Shown: positions 16,225-25,197 of the stretch, in pieces | Numbering within the stretch: the first letter of the stretch is position 1 | Layout: every line of letters begins with the position of its first letter | NCBI RefSeq assembly: GCF_000007185.1 | Contig: NC_003551.1 | Coordinates: 1,410,001-1,442,000, forward strand | Length of the DNA stretch: 32,000 bases | From: Methanopyrus kandleri AV19 | Lineage (GTDB): Archaea > JAADCQ01 > Methanopyri > Methanopyrales > Methanopyraceae | Direction of reading: 5' to 3' | Notes under the pieces: generated by a model | Database searches by the model: none | The model's input: the letters and a program-made list of their open reading frames with translations, nothing else | Told to the model about the DNA's origin: nothing | Made by a program: the position numbers and the translations under genes

Positions 16225-16971
16225 CTAACGTACCGCTATCTGCCCGTTCATCCAGTTAACCAGCTCCTTCCGCTCATCCTCGCTCAGTTCTTCGAACTTC
16301 TTGACCTCGACGTCCTCGAGCTCTTCCAGCGGTACCTCAGACTTCGAACCCAGGTCGTAGACGCGTACTTCGGGGTCTAACTCGTCCTTGAAGGTCTCCA
16401 CGAAGTTCTCGTAGATCTCCATCGCGTGATCCGGGTAGTTCTGAGCCACACGGACGACGGTTCCGGCCCCCAACAGGACCGTGAACGGGTACTCGTCCCC
16501 CTCGGATCTCACCGCCCGGCCCGCCACGATCGCCAGGTCGTAAAGGACGCTCTCCAGGGCTTCCAACCTCAGGGCGTCGAGGGGGTTGTCGTCGAAAACG
16601 TCCTTCGGCTCCAGTCGGATCTTATGTAGCATTATCGGAACGATGATGGACCGCTGCGCCGCGTAGTTGGACAGGTACGTTCGGCACACCACCATGGCCT
16701 CAAGCCCGTGCACGTCGGCGCCGACGAGTCCCTTGATGATCTCGGCTACACCTATCCCTCCACCCTGCCCCGCGAACTGCTGCAGATCCTCGACGCTCCG
16801 GATCCGCTCGGCGTCTCGAAGGGCCTGATGGAGGTTGTGGACGAAGGAACGGGCCCTATCCAGGACGAGAACCCTACGGTTTCTGGTGTCCAGGGCCCGG
16901 AGCAGTCTCCCGAGTTCCCACGCGTCGTCCGACTTTATGTACAAGGGCAGTAGGTAGAAGACAGCCCTCAC
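16225..16971 (-). CDS. XPD/Rad3-like helicase domain 2-like protein (second half of an apparently split helicase)
   Basis: The GTG start at 16971 overlaps the upstream stop (GTGA). The order of segments parallels XPD HD2: RRVLVLDRARSFVHNLHQAL (compare vLvfFpSy…), GGGIGVAEIIKG (compare G.faEGID), LEAMVVCRTYLSN, and AGRAVRSEGDEYPFTVLL (compare QaiGRaiR..D.g.v.llD). The motifs are degenerate. The upstream 138 codons of the 386-aa ORF are antisense noise. Confidence 0.45.
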   Translation of the reverse strand: MRAVFYLLPLYIKSDDAWELGRLLRALDTRNRRVLVLDRARSFVHNLHQALRDAERIRSVEDLQQFAGQGGGIGVAEIIKGLVGADVHGLEAMVVCRTYLSNYAAQRSIIVPIMLHKIRLEPKDVFDDNPLDALRLEALESVLYDLAIVAGRAVRSEGDEYPFTVLLGAGTVVRVAQNYPDHAMEIYENFVETFKDELDPEVRVYDLGSKSEVPLEELEDVEVKKFEELSEDERKELVNWMNGQIAVR

Positions 16972-18236
16972 ACTCCCACACCCCGGCGGTCCAGCTCGCT
17001 CAGGGTGGGCCGGTTCTCGGCCACGAGGTACGCCACCGGGAGCTCGAAGTACTCGGGGCCCATGAGCAGCTTCAGCAGCTGCTCCAGGTTCTTCACGACT
17101 GGCGCGAACGTCAGGATCGGCCGCCCGCGACGCGGACTCTTCACTACCACCCACTCCCTGATCCCGGCTTCCTCCGACCTCTCGATCAGCTCGTTCAGCA
17201 GCGACAGGTTCTTCTTGGCGTCGAGGTAGTCGGCCCTGCACTCCCTCTCGACGAGCTCTCGGAGTTCCTCTATCCAGTCCTCGAGCTCGTACGTCAACCG
17301 GTCGTAGACCTCTCGGAACTTGGTCTTCTCCTCCAGCGCCTTCTTCACCTTCCGGACGTCGCGGTTCCAGTCCACGACACTCCACATGTGAGACTGGTCC
17401 AGGGCCAGGTCCTTCAACTCATCCATCAGCGTGCGTGAGCCGACTCTCACGTACCCCCTGATCTCCACTATGAGCGCTCCAGGGAGCACGTGGGCGTCGT
17501 CCAGGACCACGAGCGAGCCCTCCAGCGCTTCTTCCCAGTCCTCTTCAGACACGAACGGTTCCTTACCCAACGCCTCACGTGCACAACGGTGCGACGCGTA
17601 CAGGAACGGGGCCGACAGCAGCTTCTTGAAGGAGAGACAGACGATCCTGGCCGGCTCACGTAACTGACGGATGATCTCGCAGTTCCCACAGGAGTCCCAG
17701 GGAGCGAACCCCTTGATGAACGGGTTCTCCCTGTACAGGGCCCTGCGGACCTTCTCCCGTAGCTCCTCGTCCTCCAGCGGTTTCAGCAGCGGACCCTCTT
17801 TCCGGTAAAACCACGGGTAACACTTCGGTTCGTCCTGCGCCGAGCCCGCGTGTGCCATGACCTCGAAGAGCTCCTCCTGTTCCAACTCTCCGAGGAGCTC
17901 CGGCAGCTTAACCTGACACGGTTCGTCGTAATCCTCCACCCTGCGCCACAGATCGACGCTGAGCTCCCACTCCTTGAACTTCTTGTACTCCCGCTCCGCT
18001 AGGTCCGGTGACGGGACGGAGTAGAACACCCTTTCCCGGTACTCCCTGGCTATCCTCCGCAATAACCAGGTTTTACCCGACCCGGGCCGCGTGGTGAGCA
18101 CGGCCACGCTGTCGCACTCGGCCAGCTGATCGCGGATTTCTTCCAACATCTCGTACTGCGACTTCCTCAGGTCGTACTTCTCCTCGACGGCGTCCAGAGC
18201 TTCGAACAGGACTTCCTTGTCTTCCCCGCAGCTCAA
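16968..18236 (-). CDS. XPD/Rad3-like helicase domain 1 protein (Walker A, Cys-rich insert, DDAH box, helical arch-like region)
   Basis: The TTG start at 18236 overlaps the GTPase stop (TTGA). Features in order: YDLRKSQYEML…; Walker A TTRPGSGKTW; RVFYSVPSPDL; Cys residues at EPCQ, KCYPW and DSCGNC; IVCLSFKKLL; Walker B/DEAH-like VVLDDAHVL; and a coiled-coil-rich 170-aa tail. No helicase domain 2 is present in this ORF. Confidence 0.55.
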   Translation of the reverse strand: MSCGEDKEVLFEALDAVEEKYDLRKSQYEMLEEIRDQLAECDSVAVLTTRPGSGKTWLLRRIAREYRERVFYSVPSPDLAEREYKKFKEWELSVDLWRRVEDYDEPCQVKLPELLGELEQEELFEVMAHAGSAQDEPKCYPWFYRKEGPLLKPLEDEELREKVRRALYRENPFIKGFAPWDSCGNCEIIRQLREPARIVCLSFKKLLSAPFLYASHRCAREALGKEPFVSEEDWEEALEGSLVVLDDAHVLPGALIVEIRGYVRVGSRTLMDELKDLALDQSHMWSVVDWNRDVRKVKKALEEKTKFREVYDRLTYELEDWIEELRELVERECRADYLDAKKNLSLLNELIERSEEAGIREWVVVKSPRRGRPILTFAPVVKNLEQLLKLLMGPEYFELPVAYLVAENRPTLSELDRRGVGV

Positions 18237-19285
18237 CGCGCCACCCCCTCGACGACACCGAGCACCGCCGGCTCGTTGCCCACGGTCACCAGGAACCGGT
18301 CGCCGGGCTCCACCACCACCTCACGGTCCAGCTCCAGGACGACGTGCGCCACGTTGTGGCCCTCGGCGTAGGGTCGCAGCACTTCCGTCCCGGCGTCCGT
18401 CTCGACCTCCGCGAACCTGACATTCGCGGCCGCGGAGAGCACGTGCACCTTCCCCATCGTCCCGGGCCGGACCTTAGCGCCGATCGAGAGAACTTCCGCC
18501 TCGATCCGGTCGGCGGTCGACAACCCCTCCCCGAGGCACATCCCGCGCGTGATCGAGCCCTTCACCCTCAGCCTGGCCCGGAACGGAACCCCCGGCCCGG
18601 ATCCGTCCGTCGATTCCACCTCCAACACCTCCGCGCTCCGTCCACCCGGCTGGACTTCGACCCGCCCTTCCTCCAGCGTACCCCGATCCACGATCCCGAA
18701 CACGTCCACGGTCGTCTCGTCCACCCTCCTCGTGGACTCCACCGGCGCCCGCAGCGGGTCCATCTCGGACGGTCGAGGTGGCTCCTCCAGCTCGGCCAGC
18801 GCGTCGAGCAGCTCTTCCGCCCCTTCCCCCGTCTTCGCGGACACCGGAACGGGTTCCACGACGGCTTCCACACCGAGCAGCTCCAGAAGATCCATCACCT
18901 CATCCGCGACCTCGGCCGCCCGATCGCGGCTTACCAGGTCCACCTTGCTCACGACGGGTAGTACTCTCGCCCCGTAGAACGAGACCACGAGCGCGTGGTC
19001 GATCGTTCCTGGACACGGTCCCTCGTCGGCCGCGACCACCAGGATCGCGTAATCCGCGCTCCAGGCGGACGCCAGCATGTTGCGGATGTAGTCACGATGA
19101 CCCGGTACGTCCACGAACGAGACCGTGGTATCGCCGAGCTCCAGGAACGCGCGTGCGGGCTCTATCGTGACCCCCATCTCCCGCTCGTGGGGTAGCCTGT
19201 CCAACCACTCACCGGTCAGCGCCTTCACGAGCGTGGTCTTTCCGTGGTTGAAATGTCCGCAGACTACCACGTTGACGACACTCAC
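18233..19285 (-). CDS. EF-Tu/SelB-family translational-type GTPase lacking a domain IV (SelB-like)
   Basis: G motifs are present: G1 GHFNHGKTT, G2 REMGVTIEP, G3 DVPGH, G4 SKVD, G5 SAKTGEG. They are followed by two beta-barrel-like domains. The preferred start is GTG at 19285 (MSVVNVVVCGH…), 5 nt after GGAGGGTG. The ORF is open up to GTG 19309. Confidence 0.75.
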   Translation of the reverse strand: MSVVNVVVCGHFNHGKTTLVKALTGEWLDRLPHEREMGVTIEPARAFLELGDTTVSFVDVPGHRDYIRNMLASAWSADYAILVVAADEGPCPGTIDHALVVSFYGARVLPVVSKVDLVSRDRAAEVADEVMDLLELLGVEAVVEPVPVSAKTGEGAEELLDALAELEEPPRPSEMDPLRAPVESTRRVDETTVDVFGIVDRGTLEEGRVEVQPGGRSAEVLEVESTDGSGPGVPFRARLRVKGSITRGMCLGEGLSTADRIEAEVLSIGAKVRPGTMGKVHVLSAAANVRFAEVETDAGTEVLRPYAEGHNVAHVVLELDREVVVEPGDRFLVTVGNEPAVLGVVEGVAR

Positions 19286-19346
19286 GCCGCCACCCTCCAG
19301 TCGCTCCACTCGCCCTTGAGCCTCCGGGCGGTTAATCCCGCGAATC

Positions 19347-19361
19347 GCCTTTTATTTACCA
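19347..19361 (-). promoter_or_regulatory. TATA-like box (GGTAAATAAAAGGCG on the minus strand) overlapping the CobN-like stop codon
   Basis: This is the only AT-rich patch in the 46-70 nt between the CobN-like stop (19356) and the GTPase start. The spacing would place the TSS at ~19326. Confidence 0.4.
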
Positions 19362-22300
19362 CCCCCGAGGGCCCGGCTCGTAGCGCCGCGCCCACCACAC
19401 GGCCAGAAAGCAGCCCGTGAGCAACGCCAGGACCAGCAACCACCTCGGGAAGTAGGAGACCGGGGCCGCCCGGTACTCCTGCGCCAGCACCCGTCCGGTC
19501 CTCGCGGCGGTCGACCCGGCATCCTTCTCTGCACCTCCGGTGACCTTGCCCGCGACACCTATCAAAGACACTCCCGTAGGTTTCGCCGACCTCGGGCCGA
19601 CCACCGCTCCCGTTACCGCCGCGACATGCGATACTGTGACCGTGATCCGGGCGACCGCCGGGACCCTCGGCGCCACACGGACGGTCGGTCCGAACGTCGG
19701 ACGCGCCGTCGGAACGGTTGGAGGTACCGCGGTGGCCGTTTCGATCGCCTCCGTCGCCATCCGTTCGACGACCTGAGTCTGGAAGGCGCATAGTTCGGGG
19801 CAGCAGCAGGCTACGGAGGTGATCCAGGATAACACCTCGCGCGGGTAGGGGACGCCCAGGTCGGTCGAGATCCTGGCGAGCGAGAACGCGGCCGAGGCCA
19901 GGGCCGTCGGCACCGACGCCAACCAGTCCGCGTTAGCGCCTACCGCCGACCAGACGGCCGGGAGCACGGCCGCGAGGTCGCGCCGTCCGATCGCGACGTA
20001 CCCGAGGGTCGCGAAGCGCTTGAGCGAGCGCAGCAAGTACAACGCGCCCGAGACCCCGAACCGGCGGAGCCCGGCGATGAAGCTCCTGTTGTACAACGTC
20101 CTAAGCAGGCTCCGCACGAGGTACGCCCGGGTCGAGACCAACGGGCCCGAACCGCGCTCGATCTCCCGTAGCGTCTCCTTCAGGCCGCTCGCCGCGCGGA
20201 GGAGAGTCTCCTTCCACCCGACGAGCCTCGCGAGCCGACCGGCGCTTTTGGCCACGTTCCAGCCCGGTTTGAAGGCGCCGAGATCAACCTTCGAGACGTC
20301 GAGCGTCCATCCCCTGATGGAATTCTCCCGCAGTAGGTAGTCTAGGAGTGCCCTCGCCGACGCCTCGAGGTCCACGGTGCAGCCGCAGCAGAAGAGGTTC
20401 GAGTAGTCGTCGTACGAGTCGAACACCTGTAGGACCGCGTCCGAGGTGACGACCGCCAGGGCCAGTGCGAGCGGGCAGTGTAAGAACGGTTGCCGCGTCC
20501 CCACGAGCTCCGACCGCACGTACGGGAGGACCGTGTACGAGAACCCGACGAGCGCCCGGAGCCCCAGGGACTCCACGCTGTCGCCCGTGTACATGCCGGC
20601 CTCGATCATTGGGAGTACCGGCGCGATGAACTCGCCCGGACACTGCGTGAAGACCGCGACGCCCGCCATCACCGCGACGTTCTCCCGCGTCAGCCCCCCG
20701 AGGAGCCAGTCGGGGAGCCTCTCTTCCAACGCCTCCCGGAGGACCAGATACGTGACGGCCCAATGGAGAAACGGGGCGTTCCGGGACGGCGGAATCCACA
20801 GGCCGGTACCGACGGCCACCGACCACAGGAGCTCCGCCAGGTTCCACCCGACCAGGTCTCGAAGACCCACGACGACGTAGTCGTTCAGTTCCTTCAGTCC
20901 CTCGTGCAGCTCACGGAGCGTCCCCAGCGGGTCACGCTCCAGCCTCGTCAGAGCGTCGTCGAGGAGCCTCCGGAGGACTCCCGGAACGCACCCTTGATCC
21001 CGGAGTCTCTCCTCCGCCTCCTTCAACGACCTCTTGAGCGCCTCGAGCACGTCCCTGAGGGCGTCCCACCGACCCGTACCGTGAGGCCTCGCGGTCGGTG
21101 AGAGGTACGAGCGCTCGCCCAGTGCCAGGGCGATCCAAGGCTCCGCCGCGACCACATCCAGCATACGACACACGTTGATCAGCGAGAGCGCGGACGGGCT
21201 GATCCCCTGGAACGTAGCCCCCGACACCAGCAAGAGGACGTCTTTACGGACCCTGGGCAGGTCGAGCACCTCGACCCCCACGATCCGGACCGTCCGGAGG
21301 TCGAACGTCAACTCGCCCACGACGACTACCCTCTCCCCGACGCGCAGGTTCACCGGGTACCGGAACGCGACCGTGATGCTCGCGCTCGGGTCGTACTCGG
21401 ACCGGAGGACTACGGTGTGATCGTCCAGGATCCGCGCCACGATCCCGCTCACGCACGCGCTCGTACCTCCGCACACAGTGGGCATGGCGACGAGGTCGGC
21501 CACGTCCACGACGTCCTCCTCACTGTACGATATCACGAGGTCCGAGCACAACAGGCGCACGTTCTCGGCTTCGAAGTCAGGAATTCCGAGCACGACGAGC
21601 TCTTGACCGACGCTCACCCGGGTCCCTTCCGGGAGTACTACCTCCACGTGGGCCGTCCCGTCGTCCACGACGACCGTGGGCCTATTACCGAGGTACCGGA
21701 CCTCCGTGATCCGACCGCGGATCAGGAGGGTCTGGACTGGCACGTTCGGGTGTCGGACGTGCACGAGCGGCAGCTCCCAGGGAAGGACACCGATCACCTC
21801 GCCGGTGAGGTTCGTTCCGTACGAGGCCCGACCGGTCGTCGTGGGAACGTAGCTCCGGAAGGAAGTCTTCACCGGCACGTACCCGAGCAGTTCCAGTGCC
21901 AGCGCGTACTGGAGGCCGCCCGTGGCCAGGTCGGTCGGACCCATCACCGTCATCACGCGGTCTTCCGCGTGCCGGTACAGCTCGGTCGCGATCACCGACG
22001 ACACGGACACGGCGACCTCGTCCGGGAACCTCCGCACGTCGTAGGCGCAGGTGTTCCTCCCGGTCGGGGCGACGTAGACGTACCGGAGCGGGGAGCCACC
22101 GAACCCCGGGCGCACGTACTCCGCGCGCAGCGCCCTGAGGAGGTTCTCGATCTCGTACCGGGCGCTGAGCAGGAACCGCTCGAGCACCTCGCGGGCCAGG
22201 CGCGAGATCCGGTCACCCTGTCTCCCCGTCCATACGGCCTCCCAGTCGACGTCCACCTCCTCCCACAGCGCCCGTCGTAGTGCGAACTCGACCATGCACT

Positions 22301-25184
22301 CGAGTGACTTAAACGGGTCCTCGGGGTCGATCGAGGGCAGACCGTACACGTGTAATCCGCACATCCCCGACTCCTCCTCGACCTCCCGTAAGTACTCGTA
22401 CAACAGCTCCGCACACCGGTCGAAGTTCCGCTCGAACTTCTCCCATTCGTCGGTCACCACCAGGTACACGCCGGTCTCGCGGACGAGCTCGAGGATCGCG
22501 TCTCGGAGTGCGGGGGATCGTGACTGGAGGTACTTCTCAAGCGCCTCGATCAATCGCTCTACCTCAGGATCGAACTGGACCTCGTTCCTGGGCGCTGGGA
22601 AGTGACCGAGGACGATCGCGCCGAGCCGACGCCTGGCCGTGACGCAACCGGTCGGATCCCCCACGTGGTACAGGCAGACTATCGGCGTCCCGTTCGCCAG
22701 GACGATCGGAAACTCCCAGCCGAGGGGGAGGATGGGTTTCATGGGCGTCCACTCGAGTCGACCCCTACCACCTACGCGGACCACCGCGTCCGCGTCGAAC
22801 TTCCGCGTGAGGTAGTACCAGAACGCCAGATAGAGATGCGTGGGTGGGAGGACACTCGCCCGGAGCTCGGTCTCGGATTTCATCCGCAACAGGGGCGGTT
22901 CCGGGAGTACGATAACGTTTCCGAATTTCATTCCCGGTATCGGGAACGCGCGAGTCCCGTCCACGGTCCTCAGGAACGGGGACTCCTCGGGCGGACCCCA
23001 CCCGAAGAGTCCACCCAACTCGTCCAACCGACCCCTCCACTCCTCCCACAACCCGTCCAACTCGCGCAGGACGGGCTCCTTATCCACCCGCTCGCCCCGG
23101 GACACCCGCACCAACAGGTCCGTCACCCTCGCGAAGACCTCCCGTAACTTCCTCACCAGGGCCTCCCGGGTCGCGTCGTCGAGGTTCATCAGGTGTAAGC
23201 ACGAGATCACGGTATCCATCAGTGCCTCCATCCTTACCCGGAGGAACTCGAGGTAGCGTTTGTCGGGAGGTAATTCTTCGGGGTTGGCCCGCTCGACGAG
23301 GTATCGGAGGTACCCGAGTATCCCCCGTTCTACGTACAATCGCGTGGGTTCGGGGAGGGAGCGGTACCACTCGAGGTACTCGTCGAGGGTGACCTTGTCG
23401 AGGAGTAGCAACTCGACCTCGTGCGCCCGACCACCCGCCCGCTCGACGAACCGGTTCAAACCAGTCTTGAGCGGTGGCGTTCTCACGTACGGACCCACGT
23501 GATAGGCCCTGAACAGGTATTCGCGCCAGAACCGGTCCGAAAGCTCAAGCAGTACGTTCAGGGCCTCGCGGAAGATCTCAATCGCCTGCCGGAAATTACC
23601 TCGCTCGAGAAGTTCCCACGCCTCTCGGTCCAACTCGATGACCCGGCGCAGCACCTCGTCCCACGGTGTGTGGACCGAGTACCCGTCCTCGCGCAACCAA
23701 GCCAGAAGGTGTAACACGCTCGCGGGCACGTCCAGCTGGTCCGCCACCGCCACGAAGTCCCGGCCGGACGTGTCGACCCCGTACACGAGGGCCACTCTCT
23801 TCTCACGGTTCGGAGCCTCCCGCAACCGGCGCAGCTTCTCGACCAGGCGGACGACGGCATCGATCGTCTCCTCGATCGGTTTGCCTCTGACCACCAGGAC
23901 GCCACCGGGGACGTGTCGGGCGAGCCCCGGTGGTAGCCTGACGACGCGCGACGTCCCGACGAGGAACAGACCTAGGAAGCCGAGGTTCTCGGGTGCGATC
24001 ACGTTGAACACCATGTAATGGTCGGCGGCGCGTTCGGACATGTACAGGCATTCCCACTGCAACCTCGTCATGCCCATGTGGTTGCTGTCCAGCCCGATCA
24101 CCGGGACGTTCAACCGTTCGAACAGTCTCACGAGCCGGCTGTCGGGGCCATAGTACCGCATCATGCTGTGGTTGACGGCCCACATGATGCAGACGGTGTG
24201 TTCCTCTTTGACCAGCGGTTCCAAGGCCCCGAGGAAGTCTTCGGGCAGCATGTACAGAGCGTCGTAGTGCAGGGCGATGGGTACCACGTTGTACCCGCGC
24301 TCGTGGAGCTTCTCCGCCAGCACGCGCAGCCAATCGAGGTAGCCGAGGTACCGACCCAGGAGGTTGGATGAGTCGAAGACGATGAACACCGTCGGGGCTC
24401 CAGGGGTGTAGAAACCTCTCGACTCACCCAGTCTCCGGTAGCGGTCGAAGATCTCGCGGAGCCTGGGAAGGACCTCGCCGCGGATAAGCTCCACGAACCA
24501 CCGCGGGTACACGGTGATCCCGTGGTAGCTGGACAGTACCTCGCCGTGTGGGAACTCGCGCTGGTACCTCAGGATCACGATCGGGTCGACGGGACGATCG
24601 TAGGAGACCACGGTATCGGTGAGCGGGTCGTACAGGGATAGCAGACCGTCGAGGTAGAATGCCCGGGGCGGCTCTCCACCACCTACGTACCTGAAGAACT
24701 GGACGAGGTTACGCTCGGAGAGCGTGGTTAGGAATAGATAGAGGGGAACCTCGGCACCTCCGACGTTCATCACCCGATCCGCCAGTGGTACCATCTCGGC
24801 CTTGGTCGAACCGGTCGGGATGTTGATGCCGTTCTGATACACGTAGAAGGGGACACCGCGCGACAGAGCCTCGGCGAGAGCCGCGTACTCCGGCGCCGAG
24901 TACGGGTCCAGCGAGGTCAGTCCCGACGAGCGATACAGCACCACGGCCGAGGCATTCCGGATGCGCTCGCAGGTCTCCTTCCTCACCTCCTCGAGGTTCG
25001 CACCGACGATGAGGGAGTCGTACGAACGCGAGTCGATGACGAAGAAGTCCACCCCGGACTTCGATAACGGTTCGATGAACTGGCCGGCGTAACGGGATAT
25101 CACCACTATCTCACCGCAGGAAACCGGTGCGAACGACGTCAAGGCTGGGAGTAATAATGAGAGAACTAGAAGGGGACGTGGCAC
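19356..25184 (-). CDS. giant secreted, C-terminally membrane-anchored CobN/Mg-chelatase-H-family protein with an inserted tandem OB-fold-like module
   Basis: 1942 aa with a GTG start after GAGGGGG. The signal peptide is MPRPLLVLSLLLPALTSFAPVSCG. CobN-like blocks include LDVPASVLHLLAWLREDGYSV, LRAEYVRPGFGGSPLRYVYVAPTGRNTCAYD and PRVRKDVLLLVSGATFQG. A ~160-aa insert is encoded at ~21255-21737. The C-terminus has a T/A/V/P linker and a TM anchor, WLLVLALLTGCFLAVWWARR. Confidence 0.75.
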   Translation of the reverse strand: MPRPLLVLSLLLPALTSFAPVSCGEIVVISRYAGQFIEPLSKSGVDFFVIDSRSYDSLIVGANLEEVRKETCERIRNASAVVLYRSSGLTSLDPYSAPEYAALAEALSRGVPFYVYQNGINIPTGSTKAEMVPLADRVMNVGGAEVPLYLFLTTLSERNLVQFFRYVGGGEPPRAFYLDGLLSLYDPLTDTVVSYDRPVDPIVILRYQREFPHGEVLSSYHGITVYPRWFVELIRGEVLPRLREIFDRYRRLGESRGFYTPGAPTVFIVFDSSNLLGRYLGYLDWLRVLAEKLHERGYNVVPIALHYDALYMLPEDFLGALEPLVKEEHTVCIMWAVNHSMMRYYGPDSRLVRLFERLNVPVIGLDSNHMGMTRLQWECLYMSERAADHYMVFNVIAPENLGFLGLFLVGTSRVVRLPPGLARHVPGGVLVVRGKPIEETIDAVVRLVEKLRRLREAPNREKRVALVYGVDTSGRDFVAVADQLDVPASVLHLLAWLREDGYSVHTPWDEVLRRVIELDREAWELLERGNFRQAIEIFREALNVLLELSDRFWREYLFRAYHVGPYVRTPPLKTGLNRFVERAGGRAHEVELLLLDKVTLDEYLEWYRSLPEPTRLYVERGILGYLRYLVERANPEELPPDKRYLEFLRVRMEALMDTVISCLHLMNLDDATREALVRKLREVFARVTDLLVRVSRGERVDKEPVLRELDGLWEEWRGRLDELGGLFGWGPPEESPFLRTVDGTRAFPIPGMKFGNVIVLPEPPLLRMKSETELRASVLPPTHLYLAFWYYLTRKFDADAVVRVGGRGRLEWTPMKPILPLGWEFPIVLANGTPIVCLYHVGDPTGCVTARRRLGAIVLGHFPAPRNEVQFDPEVERLIEALEKYLQSRSPALRDAILELVRETGVYLVVTDEWEKFERNFDRCAELLYEYLREVEEESGMCGLHVYGLPSIDPEDPFKSLECMVEFALRRALWEEVDVDWEAVWTGRQGDRISRLAREVLERFLLSARYEIENLLRALRAEYVRPGFGGSPLRYVYVAPTGRNTCAYDVRRFPDEVAVSVSSVIATELYRHAEDRVMTVMGPTDLATGGLQYALALELLGYVPVKTSFRSYVPTTTGRASYGTNLTGEVIGVLPWELPLVHVRHPNVPVQTLLIRGRITEVRYLGNRPTVVVDDGTAHVEVVLPEGTRVSVGQELVVLGIPDFEAENVRLLCSDLVISYSEEDVVDVADLVAMPTVCGGTSACVSGIVARILDDHTVVLRSEYDPSASITVAFRYPVNLRVGERVVVVGELTFDLRTVRIVGVEVLDLPRVRKDVLLLVSGATFQGISPSALSLINVCRMLDVVAAEPWIALALGERSYLSPTARPHGTGRWDALRDVLEALKRSLKEAEERLRDQGCVPGVLRRLLDDALTRLERDPLGTLRELHEGLKELNDYVVVGLRDLVGWNLAELLWSVAVGTGLWIPPSRNAPFLHWAVTYLVLREALEERLPDWLLGGLTRENVAVMAGVAVFTQCPGEFIAPVLPMIEAGMYTGDSVESLGLRALVGFSYTVLPYVRSELVGTRQPFLHCPLALALAVVTSDAVLQVFDSYDDYSNLFCCGCTVDLEASARALLDYLLRENSIRGWTLDVSKVDLGAFKPGWNVAKSAGRLARLVGWKETLLRAASGLKETLREIERGSGPLVSTRAYLVRSLLRTLYNRSFIAGLRRFGVSGALYLLRSLKRFATLGYVAIGRRDLAAVLPAVWSAVGANADWLASVPTALASAAFSLARISTDLGVPYPREVLSWITSVACCCPELCAFQTQVVERMATEAIETATAVPPTVPTARPTFGPTVRVAPRVPAVARITVTVSHVAAVTGAVVGPRSAKPTGVSLIGVAGKVTGGAEKDAGSTAARTGRVLAQEYRAAPVSYFPRWLLVLALLTGCFLAVWWARRYEPGPRGW

Positions 25185-25197
25185 CGGAGGAACCCCC

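Noticed and set aside
16044-16259. 71-aa plus-strand ORF (MTEEPTRRYRAGGLPGGRGG…) and a more protein-like but start-less frame (…LLAVIGPEAYPEDAEEFGVWDGGPVVAGREWECRART*) in the non-coding gap
   Set aside because: The first is Arg/Gly-rich and runs into the convergent gene. The second has a stop immediately upstream and no usable start except a 19-codon remnant. At most it is a gene relic, and I cannot support it as a CDS.
16972-17385. Upstream 138 codons of the 386-aa minus ORF
   Set aside because: They overlap the helicase-HD1 gene in another frame and are R/G/E-rich noise. The GTG at 16971, overlapping the upstream stop, is the sensible start.
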